Shown: positions 17,303 to 27,187, numbered from the stretch's first letter. The stretch: DNA of 55,329 bases from a virus (IMGVR_UViG_3300029199_000006:1-55329); one strand, 5' to 3'. Made by a program: numbers and translations. The notes: generated by a model not told the origin, from the sequence alone.

Positions 17303-18609
17303 AACGTCCCCCTAAATTCGTCCAGATTCCCAAACCGTGAAAACTCCGGTAGCCATACCAGCTTAATCGTCCCGGTAGGGCCGTTGCGCTGTTTGCCGAT
17401 TATCACTTCTGACCTGCGTTTATGGTGGGCAATATCGCAGTTCCCTTGTTTGCATTTTTCGCAATACTCCGCTTCCCGGTAGGGGAAAATAACCACGTCT
17501 GCGTCCTGCTCGATGCTGCCAGAATCACGCAGGTCTGACATTAGCGGGCGTTTGTCGGTGCGCTTTTCGAGGTCGCGGGAAAGCTGGGACAGGCAGACCA
17601 CCGGCACGTTCAACTCCTTTGCCAGCGCCTTTAGCCGTCTGGTGATTTCTCCTACCGACAGATTGCGGCTCTCGGCCTTTGGCATCTGCATCAGTTGCAG
17701 GTAGTCAATCACGATCAAGTCAAGGCCGTGCTGCCTCTTGTGCCGCCGCGCTTTCGCCCGCAGGTCCATAACTCCCATCCCATACGAGTCATCAATCCAA
17801 ATTGGCATGTTGGCGATTTTCCCGCTGGCATCCGTCATGCGCGACCAATCACCTTCTTGAAACTGCCCCGTTCTCAACCGCTGCCCGTCAATCCTTCCGA
17901 CAGAAGATAGCTGCCTCTTAACCAGCTGCTCCTTGCTCATTTCCAGCGAGAAAATCAGACTCTTCTTCCCGCTTTCTGCGGCGTTCTCGGTGATGTTGAT
18001 GACGAAGGCCGTTTTCCCCATCGAAGGGCGGCCCGCTATGATTATGAGGTCTTTGGGTTGCAGTCCTGCTGTCATGGCATCCAGTTCCGTGTAGCCGGTT
18101 GGGATGCCGGTTATGTGGCTCTTGTTCTTCCCTAACTGCTCTAGCTCCTTAAACACCGGACCAAGCACAGCACGGACGCTGACTGCTGTTTGCTTGGCCC
18201 CGCTGCCCTCGCGGATTTCCATTATCTTGGCTTCGGCCAGGTCCAGGGCGTTATCGTCCTCAACTTCTTTTTGGATTTCCCGGCAGGCGATAATCAGTTT
18301 CCGAGCCGTGGACCTCTTGCGGACCTCCCGGCAGTAATGACCCGTCATGGAAGGGAAACCGCCCTCATCGACAAGCTCGTGAAGCGTTGCCGCCGAAACC
18401 TTGCCAGATAGCGCCGAAGTAACAGACACCAGATCGGGAGATACGCTTTTGTCGGCCAGTTCGCACATAGTGTCGAATATCTGCCGGTTGGTTTCGTTGG
18501 CGAAGTCCTCTGATTTCAAAAAAACAGCATCGAGGGTTTCAGGATCAAGAAGGATGTTGCCCAGCACCGCCCGCTCTGCTGTCAAGTCTGTGAGAAAATT
18601 TGTTGCCAC
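17299..18609 (-). CDS. dnaB: Replicative DNA helicase
   Basis: IIAGRPSMGKT, FSLEM, VIDYLQLM, LSQLSR, SDLRDSGSIEQDAD, KQRNGPTG. Confidence 0.97.
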   Translation of the reverse strand: MATNFLTDLTAERAVLGNILLDPETLDAVFLKSEDFANETNRQIFDTMCELADKSVSPDLVSVTSALSGKVSAATLHELVDEGGFPSMTGHYCREVRKRSTARKLIIACREIQKEVEDDNALDLAEAKIMEIREGSGAKQTAVSVRAVLGPVFKELEQLGKNKSHITGIPTGYTELDAMTAGLQPKDLIIIAGRPSMGKTAFVINITENAAESGKKSLIFSLEMSKEQLVKRQLSSVGRIDGQRLRTGQFQEGDWSRMTDASGKIANMPIWIDDSYGMGVMDLRAKARRHKRQHGLDLIVIDYLQLMQMPKAESRNLSVGEITRRLKALAKELNVPVVCLSQLSRDLEKRTDKRPLMSDLRDSGSIEQDADVVIFPYREAEYCEKCKQGNCDIAHHKRRSEVIIGKQRNGPTGTIKLVWLPEFSRFGNLDEFRGTL

Positions 18610-19349
18610 TCGTCTTCGTCCTTTCGCTGGTTAGGGATAATCGTTGGCGTGATTTCTTGTGTCCTGTTTTTTTCCCAAGTCCTAACTGCGGCCCTCCAGT
18701 CCTTCATCTTGTTCTTGCCAACCATCCAACCCTTGGCCTCATAGAAGTTAACAAAGGTTTCAGCGTCTACAGAATTCCCCCTCTCTTGACAGTAGGCGGC
18801 AACGTCTGATATTGAAGGGTTTTTGAATCTCTTGCGGTTCTCTTTTTCACACTCCTGCGGGGCCTGGTTTTCTTTCCTTTCCTTTCCTTTCCTTTGTGCA
18901 CTTTCTGCGTCATTAACTCCCTCCACTTGGTTTGTTTCTGTGTGATTAACCCCGCTGTCACTGTTGTTTATGAGGCAGAAACAAGTAATCCCGTTGTATC
19001 TGGGTCTCTTCTTGGCTGCTTCATGGTATCGGCGTTGAATGCCGGGTGACGTAAGTACCTGATTTGCATCATAAACCAACTTCGAGAAAAGGTTTATTTC
19101 AAAAAAATCACTAAGTAAATTCCGCAGAAACTCCACATCAACCCCCCATTCTGAGGAATAAATGCACTCGTCAACGGGTTTCCAGTGGATGAAATACCCC
19201 TCTTCCCCATATATCTTCTCTAGTATCTTGAAATAAATCCCGTAACCCACCAGCCCATACTTTGACTCAATAAACCGGATGGCTCTCTCGTTACTGGTAG
19301 CTACATCATGAGTGAAATAGTCGAGTCCTTTTTTTATTGGTCGCGCCAT
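18582..19349 (-). CDS. Replication initiator (DUF4373-like N-terminus)
   Basis: MARP.KKGLDYF.HD...LTS.GIQRRY and C-terminal FVNFYEAKGW.VGKNKMKDWRAAVRTWE; directly upstream of dnaB. Confidence 0.85.
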   Translation of the reverse strand: MARPIKKGLDYFTHDVATSNERAIRFIESKYGLVGYGIYFKILEKIYGEEGYFIHWKPVDECIYSSEWGVDVEFLRNLLSDFFEINLFSKLVYDANQVLTSPGIQRRYHEAAKKRPRYNGITCFCLINNSDSGVNHTETNQVEGVNDAESAQRKGKERKENQAPQECEKENRKRFKNPSISDVAAYCQERGNSVDAETFVNFYEAKGWMVGKNKMKDWRAAVRTWEKNRTQEITPTIIPNQRKDEDEWQQIFSQT

Positions 19350-19351
19350 AC

Positions 19352-19810
19352 TTATGCCGTCGCCCCCTTGCCCCTATTGCAGTTAAAGCACAGAGTTTGC
19401 AGGTCTTCCATTCCGCTACCTCCTCCGGCAGAAACAGGAACCTTGTGGTCAATTTCGAGCCGTGCAGCCTTCCCGCTAGCTCCGCACAAGACGCACTGGA
19501 AGCCGTCTCGTTTTAAAACTTGGTAGCGCTTAGATAGGCCAACCGGCTCTCTCTTCTCACTCTTTGCGCCAATCGGTTTATATTCAATCAGTCGTGTCAA
19601 AAGGTAGTCGTCGTCACACTTCGCAAACTGCATGCTGGTGCCGGTCCTCAAACAGTCTTTTTTGCTCAAAAAACAACATCGGATACGGTCTGATCCATCA
19701 CTAAAAGCCAGTTCAACAACCTTGTCATTCTTTTTGCCGCAAACAGAACACGTCTGTTTTTCGTTGGAAAACCACACTGCATTTTCAGATTCTTGCCATA
19801 AAGTTTCCAT
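19352..19810 (-). CDS. Free-standing HNH endonuclease
   Basis: RYQVLKRDGFQCVLCG...LEIDHKVPVSAGG...LQTLCFNCNRGK. Confidence 0.9.
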   Translation of the reverse strand: METLWQESENAVWFSNEKQTCSVCGKKNDKVVELAFSDGSDRIRCCFLSKKDCLRTGTSMQFAKCDDDYLLTRLIEYKPIGAKSEKREPVGLSKRYQVLKRDGFQCVLCGASGKAARLEIDHKVPVSAGGGSGMEDLQTLCFNCNRGKGATA

Positions 19811-19827
19811 GCAAACCTCCTGAACGC

Positions 19828-19901
19828 AAAAAGCCCCGGTCACTGGTCCTTATCCGCTGATTGTCTAGGTCAGCAAAACAGGTCGTCCAGCAACCGGGGC
19901 T
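19828..19901 (-). ncRNA. C4-like antisense RNA / terminator
   Basis: AGCCCCGG/CCGGGGCT closing stem plus U-tract; internal segments complementary to 19940-19973. Confidence 0.55.
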
Positions 19902-19979
19902 ATCGTGAACGCAATTATCGCGTTACTTTCCCGTATTGTGCGGATAAAAAAACCTGTTGATGCTGACCTAGACCCCTAC

Positions 19980-20008
19980 AGCATATCTATTATTGTCAAC
20001 TGATGCAA
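19980..20008 (-). promoter_or_regulatory. Sigma70-like promoter
   Basis: TTGCAT-17 bp-TATGCT immediately upstream of the C4-like cassette. Confidence 0.55.
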
Positions 20009-20043
20009 CCCCTTTTCTCGCACTTTCGGCCATTTTCCACCGC

Positions 20044-20505
20044 CTACGCCTGCTGTGTCGCCTGCCAACTCGATTCGCCGTACAACTCGATATGCCGCTG
20101 TTGCACCTTCTTCTGCCGGGCCAGATCCTTGGCCTTGAGCCAGGACCCGAACCGGTCAAACACCGTGACAGCGTTGTAAGGGGATTTCTCGTTAAACTCC
20201 CTGGTGGTGCGGCACTGGCCGACCCACAGGAGTAATTCGTCATCGGTGTATTTCTTGTCGCTTCCATGCCGTAACCACGGAGCGCCACCCTTTCTGTGCC
20301 CAGGCCGGCACTCAGGCAGCATCCGCTTAGGGTCTTTGGTAAACAGCCCTTCCAAACGAAACCGCCGCAGGGTGCGCAGAAAATGCCGCCGATCCATTCC
20401 CAGGGTCTTGGCCGTCAGCCGCTGGCTACAACCAATCTCGGCGTAGTGAGCCACCGCCTCTTTGAACGATCCGTATTCCTTTTGTATTTTCTGAACTTTG
20501 GTCAT
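20044..20505 (-). CDS. Hypothetical DNA-binding protein
   Basis: HTH-like SQRLTAKTLGMDRRHF; YTDDELL...RFGSWLKA motif seen in homing-endonuclease-associated repeats. Confidence 0.6.
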   Translation of the reverse strand: MTKVQKIQKEYGSFKEAVAHYAEIGCSQRLTAKTLGMDRRHFLRTLRRFRLEGLFTKDPKRMLPECRPGHRKGGAPWLRHGSDKKYTDDELLLWVGQCRTTREFNEKSPYNAVTVFDRFGSWLKAKDLARQKKVQQRHIELYGESSWQATQQA

Positions 20506-20535
20506 TTAACCCTCCGAACTTCAATAGAAAATGTG

Positions 20536-20892
20536 CTATGGGTGAACGATCCTGATTTCCCCCTTATGGCCCCACAGCTTGGTGACTCTGCTGTCCCATA
20601 TATGGCTGTCGTCATCCTGGAACAGCGCATCGAGCAATGCCTTTTCAAGGTTGTCTTTGTCCGGCGTCTGCTGGTGCGGTTTCCCGTCCATTTCCGCCCG
20701 TTTCTTTTTTGACCAGCTTGAAGGCATGGGCAGGATGAAAAAAATGTGGCAACCGGCTTCCTTGAGCTGCACCTTGCGTAAGCGAACTTCGTCGCAGAAG
20801 GCCCGGTAGCGAAGAACAGCGGGGCGTTTTGCCCATTGGTCCCTTCGCGTCATGCGAGGCTTAGGAACTGGAACGATTGGGTAGGTTTTCAT
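20536..20892 (-). CDS. rusA: RusA-family Holliday junction resolvase
   Basis: PVPKPRMT...MPSSWSKKKR...PDKDNLEKALLDAL..DD. Confidence 0.88.
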   Translation of the reverse strand: MKTYPIVPVPKPRMTRRDQWAKRPAVLRYRAFCDEVRLRKVQLKEAGCHIFFILPMPSSWSKKKRAEMDGKPHQQTPDKDNLEKALLDALFQDDDSHIWDSRVTKLWGHKGEIRIVHP

Positions 20893-21031
20893 CGCCCCAC
20901 CTCTCCCCCCGCAAACGCCACCCGGATCAACCGGTTCCATTCCTCTGCCGGCAGCCCGGCCTTCTCCGCCAACGGAATCAAATAACTGCTGCAGGGGTTC
21001 TTGCGCATCCGCTGTATCAGTTCGTGCTCGC

Positions 21032-21550
21032 TCATGGGGTCGCCTCCTTAAAGTCATACCTGCGGTATTCCCCGGTCTTCCACCCCGTCAGCCGGGTACG
21101 TTTCGTAAACAACCGTTCAGCCACCGTCGCGGACGTTGCCCAAGGCCCTGCCGTTCCACATCCGGCACAACACAGTCGCGTCTCTCGCCTATGCGTCTGC
21201 CGGCTGACCGGGCCGTGACAACGGGGGCAGGTTGGCGTGGCTGCCAGCTTCCATATTTTGATTTCCCGTGCGTGGTTGCTGGTCAGGCGGCTTTTCGTGC
21301 GGCCTATGCAGCAAAATTCCTTGCTCTTAAAAACGGCCCCGAAAGAATTGCAGTGCCGCGGGGCAATAGCGAGTTTGTCAAACACCTCCCGCACATCGTC
21401 CATCGTGACCTGGCCGTTCATTTCCGCCAGTTTGCGGGCGATATTGCGGGCCGATCGCACAAAGTCCTCGTTGTGCAGTTCCACCGATTCCAGGCCCATG
21501 TCCCGCAGGATTTCGCCTTGGGTCTTGTCGTATATGGATAGTTGGCTCAT
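21032..21550 (-). CDS. Hypothetical protein with C-terminal Zn ribbon
   Basis: Coupled ORF; CPRC...C..CG. Confidence 0.6.
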   Translation of the reverse strand: MSQLSIYDKTQGEILRDMGLESVELHNEDFVRSARNIARKLAEMNGQVTMDDVREVFDKLAIAPRHCNSFGAVFKSKEFCCIGRTKSRLTSNHAREIKIWKLAATPTCPRCHGPVSRQTHRRETRLCCAGCGTAGPWATSATVAERLFTKRTRLTGWKTGEYRRYDFKEATP

Positions 21551-22227
21551 TGGCGATACTCCTCTGGCAAATAACGATCGATTCCTTTCTTCTCCGCCCA
21601 TGCCAGCAGTTCAATCGGCGGCAGTTCGTTCAAATGCTCGTAGCCCGTCGCGGTCTTGATCGACAGCTTGGCCCACGATTCCACCGTTTCCACCGCCCAC
21701 CGGTTCAACAGTTCCCGTGCTTCGTACTTGTCTGCCTTGCCGGTCAGAGCACATATTCCCTGATCGTGCTGCACCTGGTTGTGGTGGTGGTCGCACAAGG
21801 GTAGGGAATGGTAGGGAGGCTTGATCCCGGTCCCGCTACCAGCCGCCACGCTGCGCACATGAGCGGCCACGTTTGGCGGCTCGGCTTTGCACTTGCGGCA
21901 GGGCTGTGTGCGGACCCACTTTAGAAATGTTTCGTCGGTGCCCACCGCTCTCCATACTTCCGGGTTGCGGAAAAAGCCGGATTCGTGAAGGCGCTTGGCC
22001 TGTTGCCCGTAGGGGGCTGATTCCTTGATGAAATCGTTTTGCTGCTGCCTTCGGGCAACGTCCTTCGGCATCAGCGCCATGGCGCCCACGGTGCCCTTCC
22101 TGCCGAAAAGCCGCATCACGTCAATGGCGTCCTTTGGCTCGATATCAATAGTCAAGCGGACTGTTGAATCCACCAGCGTTTTCAGCGTGTGTGTCGTGAA
22201 GGCTATTGCAACGGTTTGGTTGCTCAT
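21547..22227 (-). CDS. DUF968/Ref-like HNH-fold protein
   Basis: FLKWVRTQPC..C...AHVR...GTGIKP...LPLC..HH. Confidence 0.7.
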   Translation of the reverse strand: MSNQTVAIAFTTHTLKTLVDSTVRLTIDIEPKDAIDVMRLFGRKGTVGAMALMPKDVARRQQQNDFIKESAPYGQQAKRLHESGFFRNPEVWRAVGTDETFLKWVRTQPCRKCKAEPPNVAAHVRSVAAGSGTGIKPPYHSLPLCDHHHNQVQHDQGICALTGKADKYEARELLNRWAVETVESWAKLSIKTATGYEHLNELPPIELLAWAEKKGIDRYLPEEYRQ

Positions 22228-22619
22228 GTCGGCCTCGCCAAAAGCTGCTTCCGTGTAGTCTCGAAATGCTCGCACGTCTGGCAGCCCGTTATGTTTTTAG
22301 AATCACCGCTATAATCAAGACAGTCTTCCCGAGAAACAACCAGCCCCCCACGCATATTGCAGCAAACGGCTCTCGCCTCTTCAAGCATGATCGCGTCAGA
22401 GGGGCCGGACAGGTTCAGACTGTCCATTCTTTTCCAAGATCCGTCGCGCTTGCTGTTCTTCAAATTCATGGCCTCTATTTTCAGAAGCTGCTCAGTTCTT
22501 TTATGTATTTGCCCGTAAACCGTCAAAATGCTGTTAACCTCTTCAGGCTTAACCTTCCCGCCCTTTATTTCCTTTATTAAATTGCGAAGCTCTAAAACTT
22601 CTTGCTGAATCAGACCCAT
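22224..22619 (-). CDS. Hypothetical protein (Cys-rich C-terminus)
   Basis: Coupled ORF, visibly AT-richer. Confidence 0.65.
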   Translation of the reverse strand: MGLIQQEVLELRNLIKEIKGGKVKPEEVNSILTVYGQIHKRTEQLLKIEAMNLKNSKRDGSWKRMDSLNLSGPSDAIMLEEARAVCCNMRGGLVVSREDCLDYSGDSKNITGCQTCEHFETTRKQLLARPT

Positions 22620-23161
22620 TTTTCACTCCTTGTAAATGCTTGCTCGTTGTTGACAACGCTCAACAAAATACCAAAATCATCAGTCACCCCGACCTTCGCC
22701 ATTCTTTTAAGATACTCACCCTTGACAACCAAGACCTGTACGCCGGCACAGCTTCTGTCATCATCGTCAATGCTTATAACAACACAGTCACGAAAAGTTT
22801 CTGGGAACCGGAAGTTATGGCAATTCCGGCCCTTGTTGATTTTTTCGACAAATGGCCTCATGTCTCGGGGGAACAAGACCTTTTTCCTCAACAATAGTCT
22901 TACGAAAATAGCCCTGGCCGCGGCATTCCTTGCTCCGTGCTTCCAGACGAGGTACTCAAAAAATGAACAGAGCCCTTCCTGCCATGCTTGTTTTGGGGAA
23001 AGTTTAGCCACTCTGCGCGATTCTTCGTATTGTTTGTCATCTTCCTCTACGAGACGATCAATAATCTGTTTAATTTTCTCGGCATCGATCCCTGTTTCGT
23101 CTGAAATTGCTCTGGCAAGATCTTCAACGCGAACCATAAAACCCCCATAAGCGTCCATCAA
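22610..23161 (-). CDS. Hypothetical protein
   Basis: 183-aa AT-richer ORF coupled to both neighbours. Confidence 0.6.
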   Translation of the reverse strand: MMDAYGGFMVRVEDLARAISDETGIDAEKIKQIIDRLVEEDDKQYEESRRVAKLSPKQAWQEGLCSFFEYLVWKHGARNAAARAIFVRLLLRKKVLFPRDMRPFVEKINKGRNCHNFRFPETFRDCVVISIDDDDRSCAGVQVLVVKGEYLKRMAKVGVTDDFGILLSVVNNEQAFTRSEKWV

Positions 23162-23683
23162 GGCTTATCTCACAGCGTCGCCATGCCGAATTTAACCGAT
23201 TGCAATCAGCCCTCGGGGTCATCTTCTTGCGCACCAAATACGGTCGAGACGCTCTCATCAGCTCCGCTAGGGCATTTTGGAGACGCATATTTTCGGCTTC
23301 TAGCGAGGCACGATGGGTGCTCATTTCGCAGGGGGGCTCTCCATCCGTGCATTGTCTTGGTGTCATGAATCCCTCTCTGAAAAATTCCCCGGCGGCGTCA
23401 GGAGGATTCCACCGCCGGGGCATGGTTGCTGTTATTATTGGCGCGGCTAGTTCGGCCCTTTTCCGTTGCTGCTTCGGAGTGCCAGCCGCCAACACATCTA
23501 TCCGAGAAAGGATCGCCCGTATTATCCGCTTGCGCGGGGCGCCCGGGCGAACCCCTGTGCAGGGCCAAAGACGCGGGGGAGTATGCGGCGCCTAATCTGT
23601 TCCTGGGCCACCGATCACCACGGCCACGGCTATCAATCCGACCAATCCGCAAAGAATAAGTATGAGTCCCATTGTTTTGCTCC

Positions 23684-24304
23684 TTATGCTGCTATCGCGT
23701 TTTCAAGTTGGGCTACCATTTCAGACACCTCTTCCAATAGAGCAATGACCTCGTACCGGATTTTCTCGATAGCCGCTTCATCCCGCACAAGCCGGACAAT
23801 GAACAACTGCAGAGCAACGGGCATCCTCGGGTCGTAACTGACAAAATCGCACCATTGCCTCTTGCAGCAATCCATCTGGAAAAGCATCTGATTGAGGTGT
23901 TCCGAAGGCACAGACTTGGCAAGCAACCACTCAACGTGGGTCGAGGTGTTCGGGCATTTTATCTCTATCATCCCATCCGCCCCGACAAGCCCGTCCGGCG
24001 AGCACCCCGCCATTTCAATGTGGGCGTGGTCAACAAACCCGACCTGCTCTACACTGCGCCCGGTGACAAACTCATACGCTTCGCGGGCGAACGGTTCTTT
24101 TTCAACCCCCCACTGCATAGGCCCGCTGCAAAAGGTTTCGGCCTTCTGCCCGGTCATCCTCTCCACGGCCAACTGCACCCGGTAATTCCGTCGGCCTGCA
24201 GCCTCGCCGCCACCCTTGAGCCGGGCCATGACGTCGTTAATTTTTGAGGCGGTACACTTGCCCACTCTGGCCGCGAACCACTCTTCGCTCATCTGTTCCA
24301 TCAT
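23684..24304 (-). CDS. YqaJ/lambda-exonuclease family protein
   Basis: EWFAARVGKCTAS, MQWG.EKEP, GCSPDGLV, IEIKCP, Q..FQM, CDFVSYDPR. Confidence 0.93.
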   Translation of the reverse strand: MMEQMSEEWFAARVGKCTASKINDVMARLKGGGEAAGRRNYRVQLAVERMTGQKAETFCSGPMQWGVEKEPFAREAYEFVTGRSVEQVGFVDHAHIEMAGCSPDGLVGADGMIEIKCPNTSTHVEWLLAKSVPSEHLNQMLFQMDCCKRQWCDFVSYDPRMPVALQLFIVRLVRDEAAIEKIRYEVIALLEEVSEMVAQLENAIAA

Positions 24305-25095
24305 TTCCCCCTTTTCGCTTCAAGCGCGGCAACGGCAGTGCTGTACTGGCTGGCCGGAATGTCCGCGATAAACTTCACCTTCATGTAGGTCAAAAACTTT
24401 GGCAGATCGGCACCCACATCGTCGGCAAGAGCCCCCAAATCTGCAGCCTGGGAATCGGTGATCGTAGGCTCTCTTGTCGTGTCGGCGGTCGCGACTCTCT
24501 GCTCTACATACTCCGCCGGCAAATCTTCAATATCCTGATCGAACACGTCCGAGGCTCCGGTCGCAGTCAGGGTCAGGTCGATCTGCGCCCGTTTTTTTGC
24601 CATCTTCAAAACCGTGTTGGCTAAATCGGCGGGCTCCGTCCTGACCTGCTTGATTTTTGACATTTCCTTTTTTCTGGTTCTGTCGTTCCACTTCGACCCG
24701 TACTTGAGCCGGCGCCTGTTTTCTGGCGTATCGTCAAACTCTTCATCGCAGACAGCGCCCCGCCACTTGTACTTCTCTTCATTGGTGGAACACTCCCCTA
24801 AGCCGCAGCCCACAACCGTCCCGTCAGGCAGCACACCTTTAGCCAGTACCCGATAACGGATTTCGTCGCCGGTAGAAAGGTCTTGAATCTCCGGCATGAT
24901 GGCAATGCGAAAGGTGGATAAAATCGCTTCGCTGCCGGGCTTATAAAGAGAGGGCTTTTTCGTCCCTGGGATAATCCCGTAATGAACGTCTTTCTTCATC
25001 ACGGCAGCCATGACCCGCTGGATTAGTGCCTTGTTCGCTCCCACTTCCTGGGCGGTCAACGGCTTGTTGTCGAGAACGGTCAAAGAGTTACTCAT
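24301..25095 (-). CDS. Single-strand annealing (recombinase) protein
   Basis: HYGIIPGTKKPSLYKPGSE...ANTVLKMAKKRA; adjacent to the exonuclease. Confidence 0.75.
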   Translation of the reverse strand: MSNSLTVLDNKPLTAQEVGANKALIQRVMAAVMKKDVHYGIIPGTKKPSLYKPGSEAILSTFRIAIMPEIQDLSTGDEIRYRVLAKGVLPDGTVVGCGLGECSTNEEKYKWRGAVCDEEFDDTPENRRRLKYGSKWNDRTRKKEMSKIKQVRTEPADLANTVLKMAKKRAQIDLTLTATGASDVFDQDIEDLPAEYVEQRVATADTTREPTITDSQAADLGALADDVGADLPKFLTYMKVKFIADIPASQYSTAVAALEAKRGK

Positions 25096-26270
25096 TGTTC
25101 CCCCTCGGCCAATTTCTCGGCCTGTTCGTTGGCGAAGGTTACGAGGGCGCGGATCTTCGCCTTGATTTTATCGGCGGCGTTCAGCCCCTCTTTGCTGTTC
25201 AGGGAAGGCACTTGTAGAGCGGCCACGGTTCCCGCAAAGGCCAGGATCTTTTCCTTGTCCGGGCGCAGACTGGCTTCATATTCCGCCCTGATTCGTTCGG
25301 CCTCTGCTCTTTCGGCTTCCTCGCGGGCTTCGCGCTCCAGCTTCTCTTTGGCTTCAATCTCGGCCTGTAGGCGGGATTCTTCGGCGCGAATCTTGGCCAG
25401 GCGTTCGGCTTCAATCCGGTTTTTTTCTGCGGCCATAGCTTCCTGCTCGCGGCGGATGGCTTCGCGCTCGGCTTCCAGCTTCTCCTGCTCGGCCCGCATG
25501 GCTGCTTCAATCTCAGCCTTCCTTTGATCGCGTTCTTCCTGCTCCTTGCGCAAAAGCTCTAGCCGCGCCCGCTCTTCGGCTTCCGCCTTCTCTCTGGCAA
25601 GGCGCTGTTCTTCTTCAAACCTTTTCCGTTCTTCGGCTAATCTCTCGGCCTCGATCCGCTGATTCTCGGCGGCTTCCTCAGCCTGAACTTTGTCCGCCAG
25701 CAAAATTGCTGTCCTGTCGCAAAACTCGGCCTGCCTGCGTTGGGCTTCTTCGGTGAACTCGGCAAACCCGTCCGCTTCGGTTACGTCGGTTTCGCTTTCC
25801 AGCCGGGCCTTCACGCCTGTTGAGGGGAGAGAGTGCAGAGCTAAAATCTCCGAATCTCCATACCGCGCCTCAATTCTCCCCCTGATCGCATCAACCCTCG
25901 CCCTCTCTGCCGCCTCCGCCTCTGCAATCTCCCGCAATTTGGCTTGCCGCAGTTCTTCCTTGCGGGCCTCTTCGGCCTTTATCAGTTCGTCAAGCCGGGT
26001 TTCTGTTTTGGCCAACTCTGCGGCAATCCGTTTTGCTTCTGCGTCCACTTTGCGGCCAAACTCCAGCGCGTCGGCTTTCAGCTCCTTCCTCTTGTGTTCG
26101 ACTTCAACCCTCAGTTTCCGATGCTCCCGCCGTCCGGCCACCGCCATTTGCATCGAAGCGGTATCCTTGATGGCCGTAAGGTCGGCATACTTGTTGGCAA
26201 GCTCCTGGATTTTCTGATCGGTTATGCCGTACTCCTTCGGCAAATTCACTTCTCTGACTATTAATTCCAT
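25092..26270 (-). CDS. Long coiled-coil protein of the recombination module
   Basis: E/R/A/K-rich heptads; R..VE.KRKELKADALEFGRKVDAEAKRI. Confidence 0.75.
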   Translation of the reverse strand: MELIVREVNLPKEYGITDQKIQELANKYADLTAIKDTASMQMAVAGRREHRKLRVEVEHKRKELKADALEFGRKVDAEAKRIAAELAKTETRLDELIKAEEARKEELRQAKLREIAEAEAAERARVDAIRGRIEARYGDSEILALHSLPSTGVKARLESETDVTEADGFAEFTEEAQRRQAEFCDRTAILLADKVQAEEAAENQRIEAERLAEERKRFEEEQRLAREKAEAEERARLELLRKEQEERDQRKAEIEAAMRAEQEKLEAEREAIRREQEAMAAEKNRIEAERLAKIRAEESRLQAEIEAKEKLEREAREEAERAEAERIRAEYEASLRPDKEKILAFAGTVAALQVPSLNSKEGLNAADKIKAKIRALVTFANEQAEKLAEGEQ

Positions 26271-26310
26271 TCCCCCTGCTCCTTTCTACGAAACCCCTCA
26301 GTTATGGGCG

Positions 26311-26544
26311 CTACCAGTAAAAGCGGCGCCCGGTTAAGTGTTGATGTTGGTACTGCATGGCTTCCAGCTTGGCCGTGGTGTCCCGAATTTCCAGCCGCAG
26401 CCGGTCAACAGGATCTTCATATAACGCCGCCCCGATCTGCCGCGCCCCTAGTTCCTCCATAAGGCCCTGCAGTTTCTTTTCATCGTTGGCCGCATCCGCG
26501 TCACGCCAGTCCTCGTACAGTTCATCCAGTTCCGTCAGTCCCAT
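26311..26544 (-). CDS. Hypothetical protein
   Basis: SD plus 77-aa helical ORF in the early operon. Confidence 0.6.
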   Translation of the reverse strand: MGLTELDELYEDWRDADAANDEKKLQGLMEELGARQIGAALYEDPVDRLRLEIRDTTAKLEAMQYQHQHLTGRRFYW

Positions 26545-26700
26545 CGCAACCCCCTTCCTTACGGCGTCCTGGCATAGGTTTGCCTATCAACCTCGATTTG
26601 CTTGTCGATCCCCTGACCCAAGGACACCGCCATCGCCACAAACAGGGCCAGCAGGATAACGGCAGGTGCATACTTCCGGGCCAACTCGCTTAAACATTGT

Positions 26701-26901
26701 TTACGCCTTGGCAGCAGCATTGGGCACCTCCCTGCTAAGACCGTTGATCCAATCTTCCACCTCAGACTCCACCCACCCTTTGCCCCCGGCAGGAAATTGC
26801 ACCGCCCGAGGAAACGACGGGTCTTGCCGCATCCGCCAGAACGTCGCCGGACTGACTCCGCCCAGCTTCGTCCGCACTTCTTTGTTGCCAATAACTCTCA
26901 T
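26701..26901 (-). CDS. alpA: AlpA-family regulator/excisionase
   Basis: KEVRTKLGGVSPATFWRM...FPRAV...GWVESEVEDWI; GGAGG SD. Confidence 0.85.
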   Translation of the reverse strand: MRVIGNKEVRTKLGGVSPATFWRMRQDPSFPRAVQFPAGGKGWVESEVEDWINGLSREVPNAAAKA

Positions 26902-27087
26902 GCCATCCTCCGTGTTTTGTGCTATAGTTTTACCTTGCAGGGTACGGTCAGCCTCGAAACCGTGCTGTACCGTGCTTGCAATTAACTTAACCGTGTTTTG
27001 GTTCAAGGTCAAGTGTTTCTTTGTGATTTATTTTCTTTCAGGCGTTTTCTTTGTGATTCATCGCGGGGAGGCAAAGCGGAGCGAAGC

Positions 27088-27141
27088 ATGGAATTTGAAA
27101 CCAAGGCAGAACAGAGGGAGTACCAGGGGCGGGTAATTGAA
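27088..27141 (+). pseudogene. N-terminal 18 codons of a gene divergent from alpA (possibly the repressor), truncated by the IS scar
   Basis: MEFETKAEQREYQGRVIE, then the IS end; the repressor identity is positional inference only. Confidence 0.4.
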
Positions 27142-27187
27142 CAAAACAGGAGCGCAATCCCCTGGATTTATCCATGGGGAGGTTCAA
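27142..27187 (+). mobile_element. 46-bp fused left-end/right-end remnant of the IS at 28167-29334
   Basis: CAAAACAGGAGCGCAATCCCCT matches that element's left end; AATCCCCTGGATTTATCCATGGGGAGGTTCAA matches its right end; joined at the shared AATCCCCT. Confidence 0.9.

Noticed and set aside
11926-18609. Inteins in terminase or DnaB
   Set aside because: Both are normal length with contiguous motifs
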